Made by a program: the position numbers and the translations under genes
Virus record (IMG/VR): IMGVR_UViG_3300028553_001902
Location: 1-61,925 of that record
Source of the DNA: a virus
Taxonomy: Duplodnaviria; Caudoviricetes
DNA length: 61,925 nt
Reading direction: 5' to 3' (one strand)
Notes under the pieces: model-generated
Told to the model about the DNA's origin: nothing
Database searches by the model: none
Seen by the model: only the letters and a program-made list of their open reading frames with translations
Shown here: one piece after another, positions 51,301 through 60,941 of the stretch
Layout: every line of letters starts with the position of its first letter
Position numbering within the stretch: the stretch's first letter is position 1

Positions 51301-54300
51301 TTCATAAGCTTTTCTAAAACCTTCTGTACTTTCTAGAGCAGCATCGAGAACTCTTTGATAGTCTTCTTCAAAATCAAAACCATGCTTTTCTAAAAGATCT
51401 CTTCTATCTTCTTCAGTTGCCCCCATAAATTGTTTAAAAATTGAAGAGTATCCACTTGTTAAATCTCTAATAAATTGTTCTTGGGTAGAAAGCTTTTCTC
51501 CAGTGCTCGCTAAGCCCTCACCAAAATCTTTGTAAAATTGTAAATATGCCTCATCCTGCTCACCTATGTCTAATTCTAAAATTGAGGCAAGTCTTTCTTT
51601 AGCACTTTCACCAGTATCTAAAATTATATCTTCATTTCCAGAGATTATTGCCTGAAGACCACGCTGTGTATCAGCTAATTTATCTGGATCTAAAGCTCTA
51701 TCTGCATCAATATAAAAATTTAAAAGTCTTTCTCCATATTTCTGAATTTGTAAACCATGCATCTCAGCCTTTAAAGCATTATCTTTCATGCTATTGGCCT
51801 GCTCATCCAAAGATGCTCTAGCTGCTTCAGACATGAGTGCATAAGCTTGAGAAGTTCTATATATGCCAGAAAGTAGCTCTTCATTATTGAAGGTTACCTC
51901 AGTGCCACCACCGCGCCCTGTAATACGATTCACTGTACCAATATTATCAGTTAATTGTGAAGGAGATACACCAGTACCAAGGTTTATTTTATACTCTCCC
52001 TCAGCCTCTTTTGCTGCTTTTGCTTGTAACTGTTGAGCTGTTTCAATCAACTCAGGAAGCTTCAGTGCCTCTCGCTCTTTTTCTATTTCTAATTCCTTAT
52101 TCTTTAATTCAACTAATTTTGTTATATATTCAGTATCCCTTATTATTGCATTACCATAAGCATCTTGACCTATTGCAATTTCGGGTAATATTTCAGCTAA
52201 TTTATTTGATGCCTCTACATAAGCATAACTATCTTTTTCAATACCTGGTCTAGTTATTATATTTACAAGCTCTTCAATTTGACTTCCGCTAGTTTCAAAA
52301 GCTTCATTGATTGAAGTTCTCATTTTATCCATATCAGATCTAACTTGAGCAGCTTCTTTATTTACACTAAAAAAAGATAAGGTCAAGGAACCTAAAAGAC
52401 CAACCAACATTCCTATAGGACCAAATAATGCGCCAATAGCTGGCAATAATGAACCAATGATACTGACTGTTTTTTCACCTGTTGTTAAATTTTCATTTGT
52501 AACAGCAGCTGCAATATTAGGTACTGCTAATGCAGTACCTAAAATACCTCCTCCTGCACCTCGTGCAAGTTGGCGACCTCTAATGGCCTTTTTTTCTTCA
52601 TCAGTGAGTTTATCATACCCACCAGCTCTTTCCATTGCTTCTCTTTGTCCTGCAGTTGCGCTGGCATAAACTCCGCCACCCAAAATTCCATATCCTTCTT
52701 TAAAACTGCTTGAAAGTCCAGCAGTTTTTAAAGAACTTTTCAATGCCCCTGTAATTCCTCCAGTTGCAGCTGTTGATGCAAGAATTGCAGCACCAACGCC
52801 ACCTAATCCACCTAATATTTTCATAGAGGCTAGGGGAACAAGAATTGCAGCGATTTGTCCCAAAATATTAGAAAAAGCATTACCTTTTTCAATTAAAGTT
52901 GTAAAATTTCTAATCAATGCAGAAGTTCCATCAATTAGATCTTTAAATAAATCAGAACTTATTAATTCATTTACAAGACCTTCAAAATCAGCCTTTAATT
53001 GCTCTAATTTTGCTCCAATAGAGTCTAAATATCTTTCATTAGCACGCTGAGCTGCACCTGTTGAATTTGTTGCTATATCTGTTACCTCTGCAACTCTATC
53101 CCAATTCTCCACTAAAGCAATAAATCTGTCTCGCTGCTCTTTTCCAGCTATAGCCTCAATTAAAGCATTTTTTGCTGCATTACTATTTACAGTATTATAT
53201 ATTTCAGCAACTTCACCAAGGAGTGTTTGAACATCTTTAACGTCCCCAGTATATTCATCAATCAAACTAAAAGAAATGCCAAATTGCTTTGTTAAATCTT
53301 GGAGTTTATTAGTTATACCTTCAAATTCTTTACTACCAACTCGAACTTCTGCTAGATTACCAATAAGCGTTTTCATACCTGTACCAATAAGCTCTGGTGC
53401 TTGTCGAGTTGTTTCAGATATTACAGCAAGCATTGCGGCTGATTGTTCAGGGCTAAATCCAGAAACCGCAAAAGATGAAGCGGACTTTTTAAAAGCATTC
53501 GCAATTTCATCAGCGCTTGTACCAGTTGCTGCATCTAACTCAGCAAGCATATCTACAATTCGCTCACCAGCACGAGCACCATCAGTTTCTAGCATATTAA
53601 ACGAATTCGCAATAGCTGTAATATAGTCAGATGTATCTTCTGCGCGAGCACCAGTAATATTGGCCAATTTAATTGATGCCTCAGCAAGTGCAGCAGCATT
53701 ATCAGCAGCCAATCCACCTTGTTGAATAAAGATCAAAGAAGCTTCTGCGAAAGCCTTCCCAGTTGTTCCAAGCGATCTACCTGTCTCTATAGCCATTTCT
53801 TTAAAAATTTTCATGCTCTCAGCGCTTCGCTCAGATACAATTCCAATACGAGTCAATACTTTATCAAATTCAATGAATTGTTGAATGGCTGCCCCAATAC
53901 CAGCCATTAAAGCAAAGGATGCACTATAAAGCGGAGCCTCTAAAAATGACTGCCCTAATGCCCTACGAGTTCTACTTATAAGAGTATAGCGCTGATCTTC
54001 TTTTTTATTTAAAACATCTTGGGCGCGAGCTTGCGCCTTCAATTCTTCTGTTAGCTTTCTGTGTTCGGCAGTAAGCTTTTTCATTTGCCTATTTGCTACG
54101 TCAGTATCAGCATTATAATCGCGAAAGGCTTCTTGTGCTCCATTCTTAAATCTACCCATTGCAACTCGCAAATCCATAAGCTGCTTTTTCAAAAGATTTA
54201 ATTGTTCTGGAGTATTGCCCGCAAGATTTATAGGATCTGCCTCAATCTGATCAATCATTTTTTCTAAGCGCTTTAATTCTGTCTCAGCTGATTGTAAACC

Positions 54301-54345
54301 ACGAATATCAGAATTATATGTAATTGTAACATTATGTCTAGCCAT
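48385..54345 (-). CDS. Tail tape measure protein
   Basis: 1986 aa; TP901-like core ('FDKVLTRIGIVS', 'SETTRQAPE.IGTGMKT'), coiled coils, C-terminal 'TGGYTG...LHEKELVLN'. Confidence 0.92.
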   Translation of the reverse strand: MARHNVTITYNSDIRGLQSAETELKRLEKMIDQIEADPINLAGNTPEQLNLLKKQLMDLRVAMGRFKNGAQEAFRDYNADTDVANRQMKKLTAEHRKLTEELKAQARAQDVLNKKEDQRYTLISRTRRALGQSFLEAPLYSASFALMAGIGAAIQQFIEFDKVLTRIGIVSERSAESMKIFKEMAIETGRSLGTTGKAFAEASLIFIQQGGLAADNAAALAEASIKLANITGARAEDTSDYITAIANSFNMLETDGARAGERIVDMLAELDAATGTSADEIANAFKKSASSFAVSGFSPEQSAAMLAVISETTRQAPELIGTGMKTLIGNLAEVRVGSKEFEGITNKLQDLTKQFGISFSLIDEYTGDVKDVQTLLGEVAEIYNTVNSNAAKNALIEAIAGKEQRDRFIALVENWDRVAEVTDIATNSTGAAQRANERYLDSIGAKLEQLKADFEGLVNELISSDLFKDLIDGTSALIRNFTTLIEKGNAFSNILGQIAAILVPLASMKILGGLGGVGAAILASTAATGGITGALKSSLKTAGLSSSFKEGYGILGGGVYASATAGQREAMERAGGYDKLTDEEKKAIRGRQLARGAGGGILGTALAVPNIAAAVTNENLTTGEKTVSIIGSLLPAIGALFGPIGMLVGLLGSLTLSFFSVNKEAAQVRSDMDKMRTSINEAFETSGSQIEELVNIITRPGIEKDSYAYVEASNKLAEILPEIAIGQDAYGNAIIRDTEYITKLVELKNKELEIEKEREALKLPELIETAQQLQAKAAKEAEGEYKINLGTGVSPSQLTDNIGTVNRITGRGGGTEVTFNNEELLSGIYRTSQAYALMSEAARASLDEQANSMKDNALKAEMHGLQIQKYGERLLNFYIDADRALDPDKLADTQRGLQAIISGNEDIILDTGESAKERLASILELDIGEQDEAYLQFYKDFGEGLASTGEKLSTQEQFIRDLTSGYSSIFKQFMGATEEDRRDLLEKHGFDFEEDYQRVLDAALESTEGFRKAYEALNEEQRKLVISGKDLADGVRNPLQDLNDALISANFGEAGNQVRTQMGSIVDAVRNSKKPLEQQFQELLDIQMDYYKIQGFLSKLDPSDVGVFGVRLDDAEMRALEDLNLKALTVGFGKTSSVKIRQGSSVYEEFWGALNIGKKEGIDATAITEGGKPRDPIAEILGMYDTERAERQRAISEAEETLAGLTSGTKAYTEQMERLIQLRAQDADIFVDENRRMQSELTKYQGSIELTQKKIDELQAAQKKDPYGKEGIFTEAMKEQLITYEKILGAQKKLNDEITKLIDLTEKLQNLEAEQASLESRLKLFKDGSKEQRQVVHATAANLREQINTTKELKRSNIEIIKGLREQLKGKMTAEKRKSLQDELNKALALDAQYTNNILADEEAIYNLKKLSYDTDKENIETNIAKLESQLGNRLEQSAEYLKVQDMIIAQQKQLYDRNQKRLIEIDTILKTQKLSEFEKSLLIKEQNQLYIEQRNLMDQVNESIKKRAVDEYNIALYGTANMEVLQSQYEMRQRLIDELIDTHEQLIERTQLELEIQKEIEESTDQTYKTNLKYLQGKIKDVKLTKQVIDSTRAQINLLKVLSGEQTSGPLRLTRAPSGQYRFAPTAGGEDGRQASMQAAAEFEKESISRYREISDNIFNLEQQIPQMLLRGEDVSRAQALLGELRTQRTAQGEDVVKAKTISALVAEGKSNIASRLIAGRMTTAQAAQVLTARQREAIGASAQGEFDAVISSEQLLIQSNFSIVKSNDRLIDALKAFGAKIASGYQTPEMKAIAAAIPDFYEERGIKAIQQTVTTAKVYGTGGKSPHGADLFARIASDPAFKATEIARANTIIADYEAKGDKLTAAEKKILSDAKAYRDRIVKMETGGYTGSFDGGKLGVLHEKELVLNKMDTRNILDAVSIARSMPRIIGGFVPNITNASSNTGQNITINAEFPNVSSADEIKKAFSSMSTKALQYAYRTKSY

Positions 54346-54362
54346 CTATATCCCCCTTTTAT

Positions 54363-55601
54363 CTATAAGAATTTTCCTGTAATATTTATACTAATGGTAT
54401 TTAATTTTTTTGCCTCAACAATAAGATTGGTTAAGCTATTAGATTTTTGCAAAAATTTATTAAAACTTAAATTTGGATAAGAACCCTTACCTTGCGCAAC
54501 AATTTCTTCAAAATATTGAAAAAAGAATCTAAAAACAACTTTTCCAGTAGGTGGTCCTGTGCCACCTCCCCCAGTTTTCATAAAATAAATTATGTTTAAA
54601 GCTCTATTAAAATATCCACCAAAAGCATAACTTGCTAATAAGGATGCAATAAATTTTCTAAATAATAATCCATCAGAGCCTTTTCCTGTATATAAACTTG
54701 CCGCGGCCAATTGTTTTATATCGACTTTAAAATCATCTCCAACTTGTATTTGCTGCAGAGATAGTTCTTTTGCAGCTTTAAATGTACTGGGTTTATCTTG
54801 CATTGTTGTTTTCATAGAGAAATCTAATAAAACATCACTACCTTTAACTTTTATTAATAATCTTACGTCGCCCTTACCCTGCTTTGTCCATTTTCCACTA
54901 TAACTATCATAAATAGTATCTAATCCAAGCGCCCGTTGTCCTTTATATTCTCTAGTCTTTCCTTGTATTATATCCTCAGTTTGTTTATCAATATCTGAAA
55001 TAATCGAAAAAACTAAGCCTTCACCAATTGCTCCTGAAAGGTTTCCAACTTCTTTTTCCCATTTTAAATTCCCTTCCTTACTAATAACCCTATATGTTGA
55101 ATCAATTAAAGTTTTCATATCTTCAAACTTTCCTTTTGACATTGCTTCATTAATACTCGTTATAAAGGAATCATAACCTCCTATTAAACTTGAAATATTG
55201 GGATCATTAGTAATACTATCTTTCAATTTTCCTGTTAGGCCCTTTTTCATCTCACCTTGGGCTTGCTCAAAATTTTTAACACTTTTAGCTATATCAATTA
55301 ATTCTGGTAATCGTTGTATTTGTGGAATTTTATTTACCATATCTGCATAAGTTTCGTTTATGTCTTTAGCTATATTATTTATATCATCACCTTCTGTTAG
55401 TCCTAATTTTTCAAAGGTTTCTTTCTTTAAATCTTCTGCAACTGCCTTATATATTTTTTCTATTTCTTCATAGCTTACTGTATAATTTTTATTACTTACA
55501 CTAAAAGATGTAATTTTATTTTCATCTGTATTACCAGCTTTTAAATAGCCATACTTATTATTTTTAAATTTATCAATTATAATAGTATTTTCCTCTGCCA
55601 T
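54363..55601 (-). CDS. Hypothetical protein with a possible PD-(D/E)XK-like motif
   Basis: GGAGTG SD before MAEENT; 'GAIGE...KGDV...DFSMK'. Confidence 0.6.
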   Translation of the reverse strand: MAEENTIIIDKFKNNKYGYLKAGNTDENKITSFSVSNKNYTVSYEEIEKIYKAVAEDLKKETFEKLGLTEGDDINNIAKDINETYADMVNKIPQIQRLPELIDIAKSVKNFEQAQGEMKKGLTGKLKDSITNDPNISSLIGGYDSFITSINEAMSKGKFEDMKTLIDSTYRVISKEGNLKWEKEVGNLSGAIGEGLVFSIISDIDKQTEDIIQGKTREYKGQRALGLDTIYDSYSGKWTKQGKGDVRLLIKVKGSDVLLDFSMKTTMQDKPSTFKAAKELSLQQIQVGDDFKVDIKQLAAASLYTGKGSDGLLFRKFIASLLASYAFGGYFNRALNIIYFMKTGGGGTGPPTGKVVFRFFFQYFEEIVAQGKGSYPNLSFNKFLQKSNSLTNLIVEAKKLNTISINITGKFL

Positions 55602-55619
55602 ATAAATCACTCCCCTAAT

Positions 55620-55653
55620 AAAAAAAGCCCTCTTGTTATTTAAACAAGAGGGC
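55620..55653 (-). terminator. Rho-independent terminator
   Basis: Minus strand GCCCTCTTGTT-TAAAT-AACAAGAGGGC followed by a T-run. Confidence 0.85.
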
Positions 55654-55669
55654 AAGAATATTATTATAT

Positions 55670-56152
55670 TTAGTTAGTCTTTTTTCTACTGCGAGTACTA
55701 GGCTTAGGGGCAGAAGTTGTGGCCATTAATTGTGCAATTTCAGAAGTATTGCTCATTGCTGAGGCAAAAGATGCTGAGTATGCAATAACTTGATCTTTGA
55801 ACACATTTACAGTATCTAAAAGATAGTTATATTCTTCTCTAGGAATTGCATCAATGATAGCATCAAGTAATCCACTAGTAAATATCTTATCAAAATTTTC
55901 TAAAATATCAGAAACTTCACCTTCGTCAAAGCTAATATTCGTATAATTTTCAATTAAAAACATATGAAAATATGCACTACTTAAAACCTCATCAATAGTC
56001 CCATTTACTAGGGCGCCACGCACAGACAAATTAACGACTCCAGCTTTTGTCTCAACTGGCAAATATTGCTTTACTTCAATTTTAATACCATTAAATTCAA
56101 TTTCTTTAACTTCAGAGCTAGGACTTAAATTAAACTCTTCAAATTTTGGCAT
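55670..56152 (-). CDS. Putative tail assembly chaperone
   Basis: Lies between the tail tube and tape measure genes; 'IEVKQYLP', 'YTNISF'. Confidence 0.55.
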   Translation of the reverse strand: MPKFEEFNLSPSSEVKEIEFNGIKIEVKQYLPVETKAGVVNLSVRGALVNGTIDEVLSSAYFHMFLIENYTNISFDEGEVSDILENFDKIFTSGLLDAIIDAIPREEYNYLLDTVNVFKDQVIAYSASFASAMSNTSEIAQLMATTSAPKPSTRSRKKTN

Positions 56153-56172
56153 AGTATCTCTCCTTTTTCTCT

Positions 56173-56201
56173 ATTATATCATATATAATTAAATTTGTCA
56201 A
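56173..56201 (-). promoter_or_regulatory. Sigma-70/A promoter (minus strand)
   Basis: Reverse complement TTGACA-N17-TATAAT with extended TG. Confidence 0.88.
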
Positions 56202-56202
56202 T

Positions 56203-56226
56203 AAAAAAAGGAGCCCGTAGGCTCCT
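56203..56226 (-). terminator. Terminator after the major tail gene
   Basis: Minus strand AGGAGCC-TACG-GGCTCCT followed by a T-run. Confidence 0.9.
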
Positions 56227-56232
56227 AATTTA

Positions 56233-57081
56233 TTAAATAATATCTGAACTTGAATCAGAAATTTCAAGTGTAAATAATACATCTTTAGTAGAATCAAATC
56301 TAGTTGGTGCTGGAAGAGCATCAATATTAAATGTAAATGTCGATGGGTCTCCAGTAGGCGCCATAGTAAATGTAAAGTTAGATTGAACTTTACCTTTTGG
56401 AATTGTGAATTGAGCAGGATAATCTTTACCATCAGTACCGCGGAAAAGAGTATTTGCTTCAATGTAATAATATCCAGCAAAACTACCAGCCTCGATAGTG
56501 TTACGAGTACCTGTTTGACCCACATAAAAGTCAACAATTACAGAAGAAGAAATTGAATTAGTTGATGCTGTAATTAAAACAGTAGAAACAGTGCTATTAG
56601 CTTTTGAAACAGCTAATGGTACACTTGTAGGAACAATACTTGAAATATCGCCTTGAGAGTCAAGGTTTAAAATTTTAATAAATGCTGAAGTTGTATTTGT
56701 CAATGAGCCATTGATACTAGGAATTGTAATAATAGAAAGTGTACCACTTACTGAGTTAACAGCCTTTTCACTTAAATGAATTTGAATAGTTTGATTAGTT
56801 ACTAATCCAGAACCAGCCAAACCTGCAAAGCTTGCACGTGACATAAGCGCATCTTCAAACATAAAAGTTACAGTTTTATCGCCATCCCAAGCAAGTAGAC
56901 GAGGATTACCGCGACCACCTTGTGCATATACAGTAGCTACTGTTTGTTCCATTGTAGCTGTCTTAGCTGAATCAAAGAAAAGAATTGGGTCATATTGACC
57001 ATAAGTTACAGAACCTAATTTTTGGTCTGCTTGAGTTGCTTTAAAAGTAACATCAGTAATTTCGCGAACACCAAACTTCAT
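56233..57081 (-). CDS. Major tail (tube) protein
   Basis: 'MKFGVREI.DV.FK', 'YAQGGRGNPRL.AW', 'NFTFTMAPTGDPSTFTF'; strong SD and its own terminator. Confidence 0.75.
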   Translation of the reverse strand: MKFGVREITDVTFKATQADQKLGSVTYGQYDPILFFDSAKTATMEQTVATVYAQGGRGNPRLLAWDGDKTVTFMFEDALMSRASFAGLAGSGLVTNQTIQIHLSEKAVNSVSGTLSIITIPSINGSLTNTTSAFIKILNLDSQGDISSIVPTSVPLAVSKANSTVSTVLITASTNSISSSVIVDFYVGQTGTRNTIEAGSFAGYYYIEANTLFRGTDGKDYPAQFTIPKGKVQSNFTFTMAPTGDPSTFTFNIDALPAPTRFDSTKDVLFTLEISDSSSDII

Positions 57082-57097
57082 TTGTTATTCCTCCTAA

Positions 57098-57799
57098 TTA
57101 AAATTGTTTTGTCCACTCAACTAGCTCTATATCCTTTGCCCCTTGTAATAGGGCCTGTATTTGCATATTATATTGCTCATATAGAGTATATCTTTTTATC
57201 AAATTATGTATTTGATAAATAGTTAACCCAAGACAATCTTCAATACTTAAATTATTAGTACCTATTGTAAGTGTTGAGATAAGGTGAGAAAAAATATCCG
57301 AATTTTTTTGTGACTCTGCGCCCGCGAGACGCTCTTTTCTTTTTCTTAATTTTTCGGCAATTTCTCTTGCTTTTTTATTTGCAGGATTTAAATCTCCAGT
57401 AACTTGAGATTGTAGACAGAATATCTGTATTAAGCTCTCTTTTATAATCAAAAATTTTGGTTCGTCAATTATACATTCATGACCGAATGCATTGACAATA
57501 ATAAATGTATCATAAAATTTTATTGAGTCTATTCCATCAATAATTAGAGTAAAAATATCAGCTATTGATTTTTGAATTGATTGTTCTTGATTAATAAAAT
57601 ACATAAATAAATCAAAATCGCTAATTTCAACATCAATATTTAATTTATCTTTTGAAATTAAAAAATAAGATAAAGATTGATAAAATTGTGTTTCTCCAAG
57701 TAGTGCAATATCTTTTATTTTTGGTTGATTTATACTAAAGCCTAATTCTTCAATATATATTGGAACCCCAGACATCAATTTTAAATTATCAATTTTCAT
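57098..57799 (-). CDS. Hypothetical morphogenesis protein
   Basis: ORF in the neck/tail operon; 'QPKIKDI', 'LTIYQ', 'GAK'. Confidence 0.65.
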   Translation of the reverse strand: MKIDNLKLMSGVPIYIEELGFSINQPKIKDIALLGETQFYQSLSYFLISKDKLNIDVEISDFDLFMYFINQEQSIQKSIADIFTLIIDGIDSIKFYDTFIIVNAFGHECIIDEPKFLIIKESLIQIFCLQSQVTGDLNPANKKAREIAEKLRKRKERLAGAESQKNSDIFSHLISTLTIGTNNLSIEDCLGLTIYQIHNLIKRYTLYEQYNMQIQALLQGAKDIELVEWTKQF

Positions 57800-57802
57800 A
57801 AA

Positions 57803-58330
57803 TTATTGAAAATTAACTACTCTAAAAAACATACTGTAGCCCATCAAGTCTTCATTTATTATAAGCTGTGAAGAACTTAAAAATGTTATTGGCCCCAATG
57901 AGTCTAGTTTTGAATTATTAAAAATAGAATCTAGTTCGTGCATTATTTTAAATGGTCTTAGCATATAATCATCCATAATCCATACATCTGGTGAACAAAT
58001 AATATCAAAACTTAATATAAAACTTTTAAAATTATAATCATCATTTATTGGAGTAAATTGATCCATATTAATTACTAAATAACTTTTAAGTAAATCATCT
58101 TTAGTTATTTTAGGCACCAATTTTATGTAATCATTTATCATTGCAACTTTCTGTTGATTTGTTAAATTAGATTCAGTATCAACATTAGAACTATTATAAT
58201 ATAATAATTTCACTAAAGTATCATTTTTTAAAATTCTATTAACAACCCTCTTTAAGTCTACACCAATATCTAGAAAACTATTTCTAGTTACAGTACTTTG
58301 TCTTGTTCCATCTGCATTATAAATACCCAT
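57803..58330 (-). CDS. Putative tail terminator/completion protein
   Basis: 'LVKLLYY', 'SFDIIC...W', 'LRPFKI..ELD'; position in the operon. Confidence 0.55.
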   Translation of the reverse strand: MGIYNADGTRQSTVTRNSFLDIGVDLKRVVNRILKNDTLVKLLYYNSSNVDTESNLTNQQKVAMINDYIKLVPKITKDDLLKSYLVINMDQFTPINDDYNFKSFILSFDIICSPDVWIMDDYMLRPFKIMHELDSIFNNSKLDSLGPITFLSSSQLIINEDLMGYSMFFRVVNFQ

Positions 58331-58342
58331 AGGAACTCTCCT

Positions 58343-59623
58343 TTAGCTCAAGTCATTCAAAATTAAAGATTGTAATTCTGCAACGTTTTCATTAGAATTA
58401 TCTGCTAGGCTCTCAGAAACATTGTCGACATTATTATTTATATAATTTTCCACTAGAGCAATTCTTAATATGCTTTCATTTTCCATATTATTTATAACAA
58501 CGATCTCCCAAGATACACCATTTAAGATAACCCTATTATATCTTAGAAGATGTTGGGTTGCTGATGTTTTGCCAATAAATATCTCTATACTCCAACTTGG
58601 TCTATCTATCATAATGCTATCTCGTCTAAAATAATCGCTATCTTTTTCACCTGGTCCATTAACAACCACATACTGAGAATAGACAACATTATTACTATCT
58701 TTCCATTTTAGAAGAAAATTACATTGATGTATAGTTCCGCTAAAGTAAGCCTTCTGGGTTAAATTTTGGGTCATAACTAAATATTTATATCCAGTCCGTA
58801 TCCAATCTACTGTCTTTCCAACATCCATTTGATTAGAAAAAGGTATTGATATATTTTTTATATCTTCGTTCCACTTTGGATTTGTATTTTCAGTAATTAA
58901 TGCTAGTCTACGTTGTTTTGTCGGATCCTCAATAATTTCAACTTCTTCAGAACTCGGCGATTGCGCCAAAGCTTCCTCAAAAGATTTTTGAATTTGGACT
59001 ATCGTATCAGTTGTTGGGTCACCTGTTAGACCTGAAGAAACTACTTTCCTTTTATATACATTTAAACAGTCCAATGGTGTATTCGTATTTATTAAAGTAT
59101 TTCTACCAAAATATAAATATTGACCCGCAATTATTCCTTCTAAATTATTTTGAGATAAAGTTATCATATTTATAGAAGAAGAAATGCTAGAAATAGTTAC
59201 AGAAGCTGTTAAACCCGAGGCAACAACAGACATACCAGCAGTTAATGTGGCAACAGAAGATAAAATAATTTTATTTTCAGGTTGAAATTTAATTAATGTA
59301 GAAGTTGTTATCGAAGCAGCTCCTGTAATACTAGAACTCCAACCAATTGTTGCAACTCCACCAGTTATTGATGCGGTTGTTACACTATAAGTTCCACTAT
59401 AGCTAGTTAGACCAGATAAAGAAACAGTGGTTCCAGCTGGAAATGGAATTACATTTTGCCCATTAAATGTAGCAAAAACAGAATGACCATTTCCACTCAA
59501 AGAAGCTGGAACTAATTGTGTAGAAGCAGAGGCTGTTAATTCAATTCCTGATGGAGAGTTTTGACGATATAACCTGCCTTGAATAGTATCAAAGCAATTA
59601 TAAAAATTATATATTTTTTGCAT
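58343..59623 (-). CDS. Putative head-closure protein with N-terminal beta modules
   Basis: C-terminal 'G.TVDW....YLV', 'CNFLLKW'; S/T-rich N-terminal insert; GGAGTG SD. Confidence 0.55.
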   Translation of the reverse strand: MQKIYNFYNCFDTIQGRLYRQNSPSGIELTASASTQLVPASLSGNGHSVFATFNGQNVIPFPAGTTVSLSGLTSYSGTYSVTTASITGGVATIGWSSSITGAASITTSTLIKFQPENKIILSSVATLTAGMSVVASGLTASVTISSISSSINMITLSQNNLEGIIAGQYLYFGRNTLINTNTPLDCLNVYKRKVVSSGLTGDPTTDTIVQIQKSFEEALAQSPSSEEVEIIEDPTKQRRLALITENTNPKWNEDIKNISIPFSNQMDVGKTVDWIRTGYKYLVMTQNLTQKAYFSGTIHQCNFLLKWKDSNNVVYSQYVVVNGPGEKDSDYFRRDSIMIDRPSWSIEIFIGKTSATQHLLRYNRVILNGVSWEIVVINNMENESILRIALVENYINNNVDNVSESLADNSNENVAELQSLILNDLS

Positions 59624-59627
59624 AAAA

Positions 59628-59918
59628 TCACTCCAATCCATCGAGCGCAGATAGTACTTCAAAAATAGTTTTCCTATATAAATAAAACTCCTCTAATTGA
59701 TAGAGGGCTTCTAATTTAGAAATAATTCCTATAAGTTTATATTCATTTATCAATGAGTTTAAGCCATTTAATTCAATTAAAATAGTGTGAAGATGCTTCT
59801 TCCAATCTAAATTTTCTTCTCTTAAAGGTAATAATTTAAAAACATCATTTTTTATTTTTTTTAGATACAAGGCCCAATCTTGTGGTGAAAATTCTTTTCC
59901 ATATTTTGTAGTTATCAT
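59628..59918 (-). CDS. Hypothetical protein
   Basis: 'FKLLPLREE..DW.KHL' ORF with ATGA overlap. Confidence 0.65.
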   Translation of the reverse strand: MITTKYGKEFSPQDWALYLKKIKNDVFKLLPLREENLDWKKHLHTILIELNGLNSLINEYKLIGIISKLEALYQLEEFYLYRKTIFEVLSALDGLE

Positions 59919-60934
59919 ACAATTACATCCCTAGGATTAATAAGTGGGCTTGAGCCTCCAAGTGCTGATAAGTAGGCTTCGGTGTACGGATCTCCAATAG
60001 AGTAACCACCATATATAGAACTAATATCCTCAGTCCACCATGCCCCACCAATTACTGCAGAACCATAAATATATCCAGTACCAGAATATGCAAGACGCCA
60101 TCTTTCTGTTATCGCTGAAGCTGCCAAGCCTGCATAATTTGTTTGAACTTTTCCAGTATTGGCGTTTATAGTTCTACGCTGATACATTCTTTGCATTTTT
60201 TTATTATCTTGTTCAAAATATTTTTTAACAGCAATAAGCTTATCAATGTGATTTGCTTGAGAAGTAAACTGAAAATCTTTCGACGAATACTTCATTCTTG
60301 TTAAATTAACAGTTAAAATTTGTCTGCTTAGCCATTCAGTTGCCATAAGACCAGCAAAAATATCTAATTCTTCTAAAGTTAAATCTATTAAATATTTTCC
60401 ATACGAAACAACAGAGCCATCTGCCGCAACCATTCCAATCGCTTGAGTAGAATAGTTATATAAAGCAAATTTAGGCCATTCAAACCGAGGAAGAATATCT
60501 AAAAAAATAGACTCTAGATTTTTAAAAGTGTCTTCTAGAGTCCATTCAAGATATAAATCATCTGTAATTTTGGATAAAAATCTACAATATATTGCGTAAA
60601 ATGGAGTACCTGATTGTCTCGTATAGGTGTCTTGTGCTATAACTAATGTCCCAGTATCGCTTGCTGTAACCTTAAATGTTGTGCCATTTGGGGAATAAAA
60701 CCACAGTGGCACATATTCAGGGCTTACAATAAACTCTTTATCAACAAGTTCAACATTTCCAGTATCTGTTAATCTCAAAGTATATTTTTCGCTCAGAGCA
60801 ATACACATAACTCCAATAGCATTTGGATCTATATTTTGAGCAATAACCATGGTTCCAGAATTGTTTACTGATATGTTATATACTGTATTGTTGATATCTG
60901 GGGCGATAAGATTCAAGCTCCTAACGATCATCAT
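59915..60934 (-). CDS. Putative head-tail adaptor (neck) protein
   Basis: 'TPF..IY.RFLSKITDD', 'LTLEE..I', 'DFQFTSQANH..KL'. Confidence 0.6.
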   Translation of the reverse strand: MMIVRSLNLIAPDINNTVYNISVNNSGTMVIAQNIDPNAIGVMCIALSEKYTLRLTDTGNVELVDKEFIVSPEYVPLWFYSPNGTTFKVTASDTGTLVIAQDTYTRQSGTPFYAIYCRFLSKITDDLYLEWTLEDTFKNLESIFLDILPRFEWPKFALYNYSTQAIGMVAADGSVVSYGKYLIDLTLEELDIFAGLMATEWLSRQILTVNLTRMKYSSKDFQFTSQANHIDKLIAVKKYFEQDNKKMQRMYQRRTINANTGKVQTNYAGLAASAITERWRLAYSGTGYIYGSAVIGGAWWTEDISSIYGGYSIGDPYTEAYLSALGGSSPLINPRDVIV

Positions 60935-60941
60935 AATCCCC

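Noticed and set aside
55679-55685. Slippery A AAA AAG at the end of the putative tail chaperone; the downstream gene is in the -1 frame
   Set aside because: The -1 frame reads GAC TAA immediately after the site, and a terminator follows, so no G-T type fusion is possible
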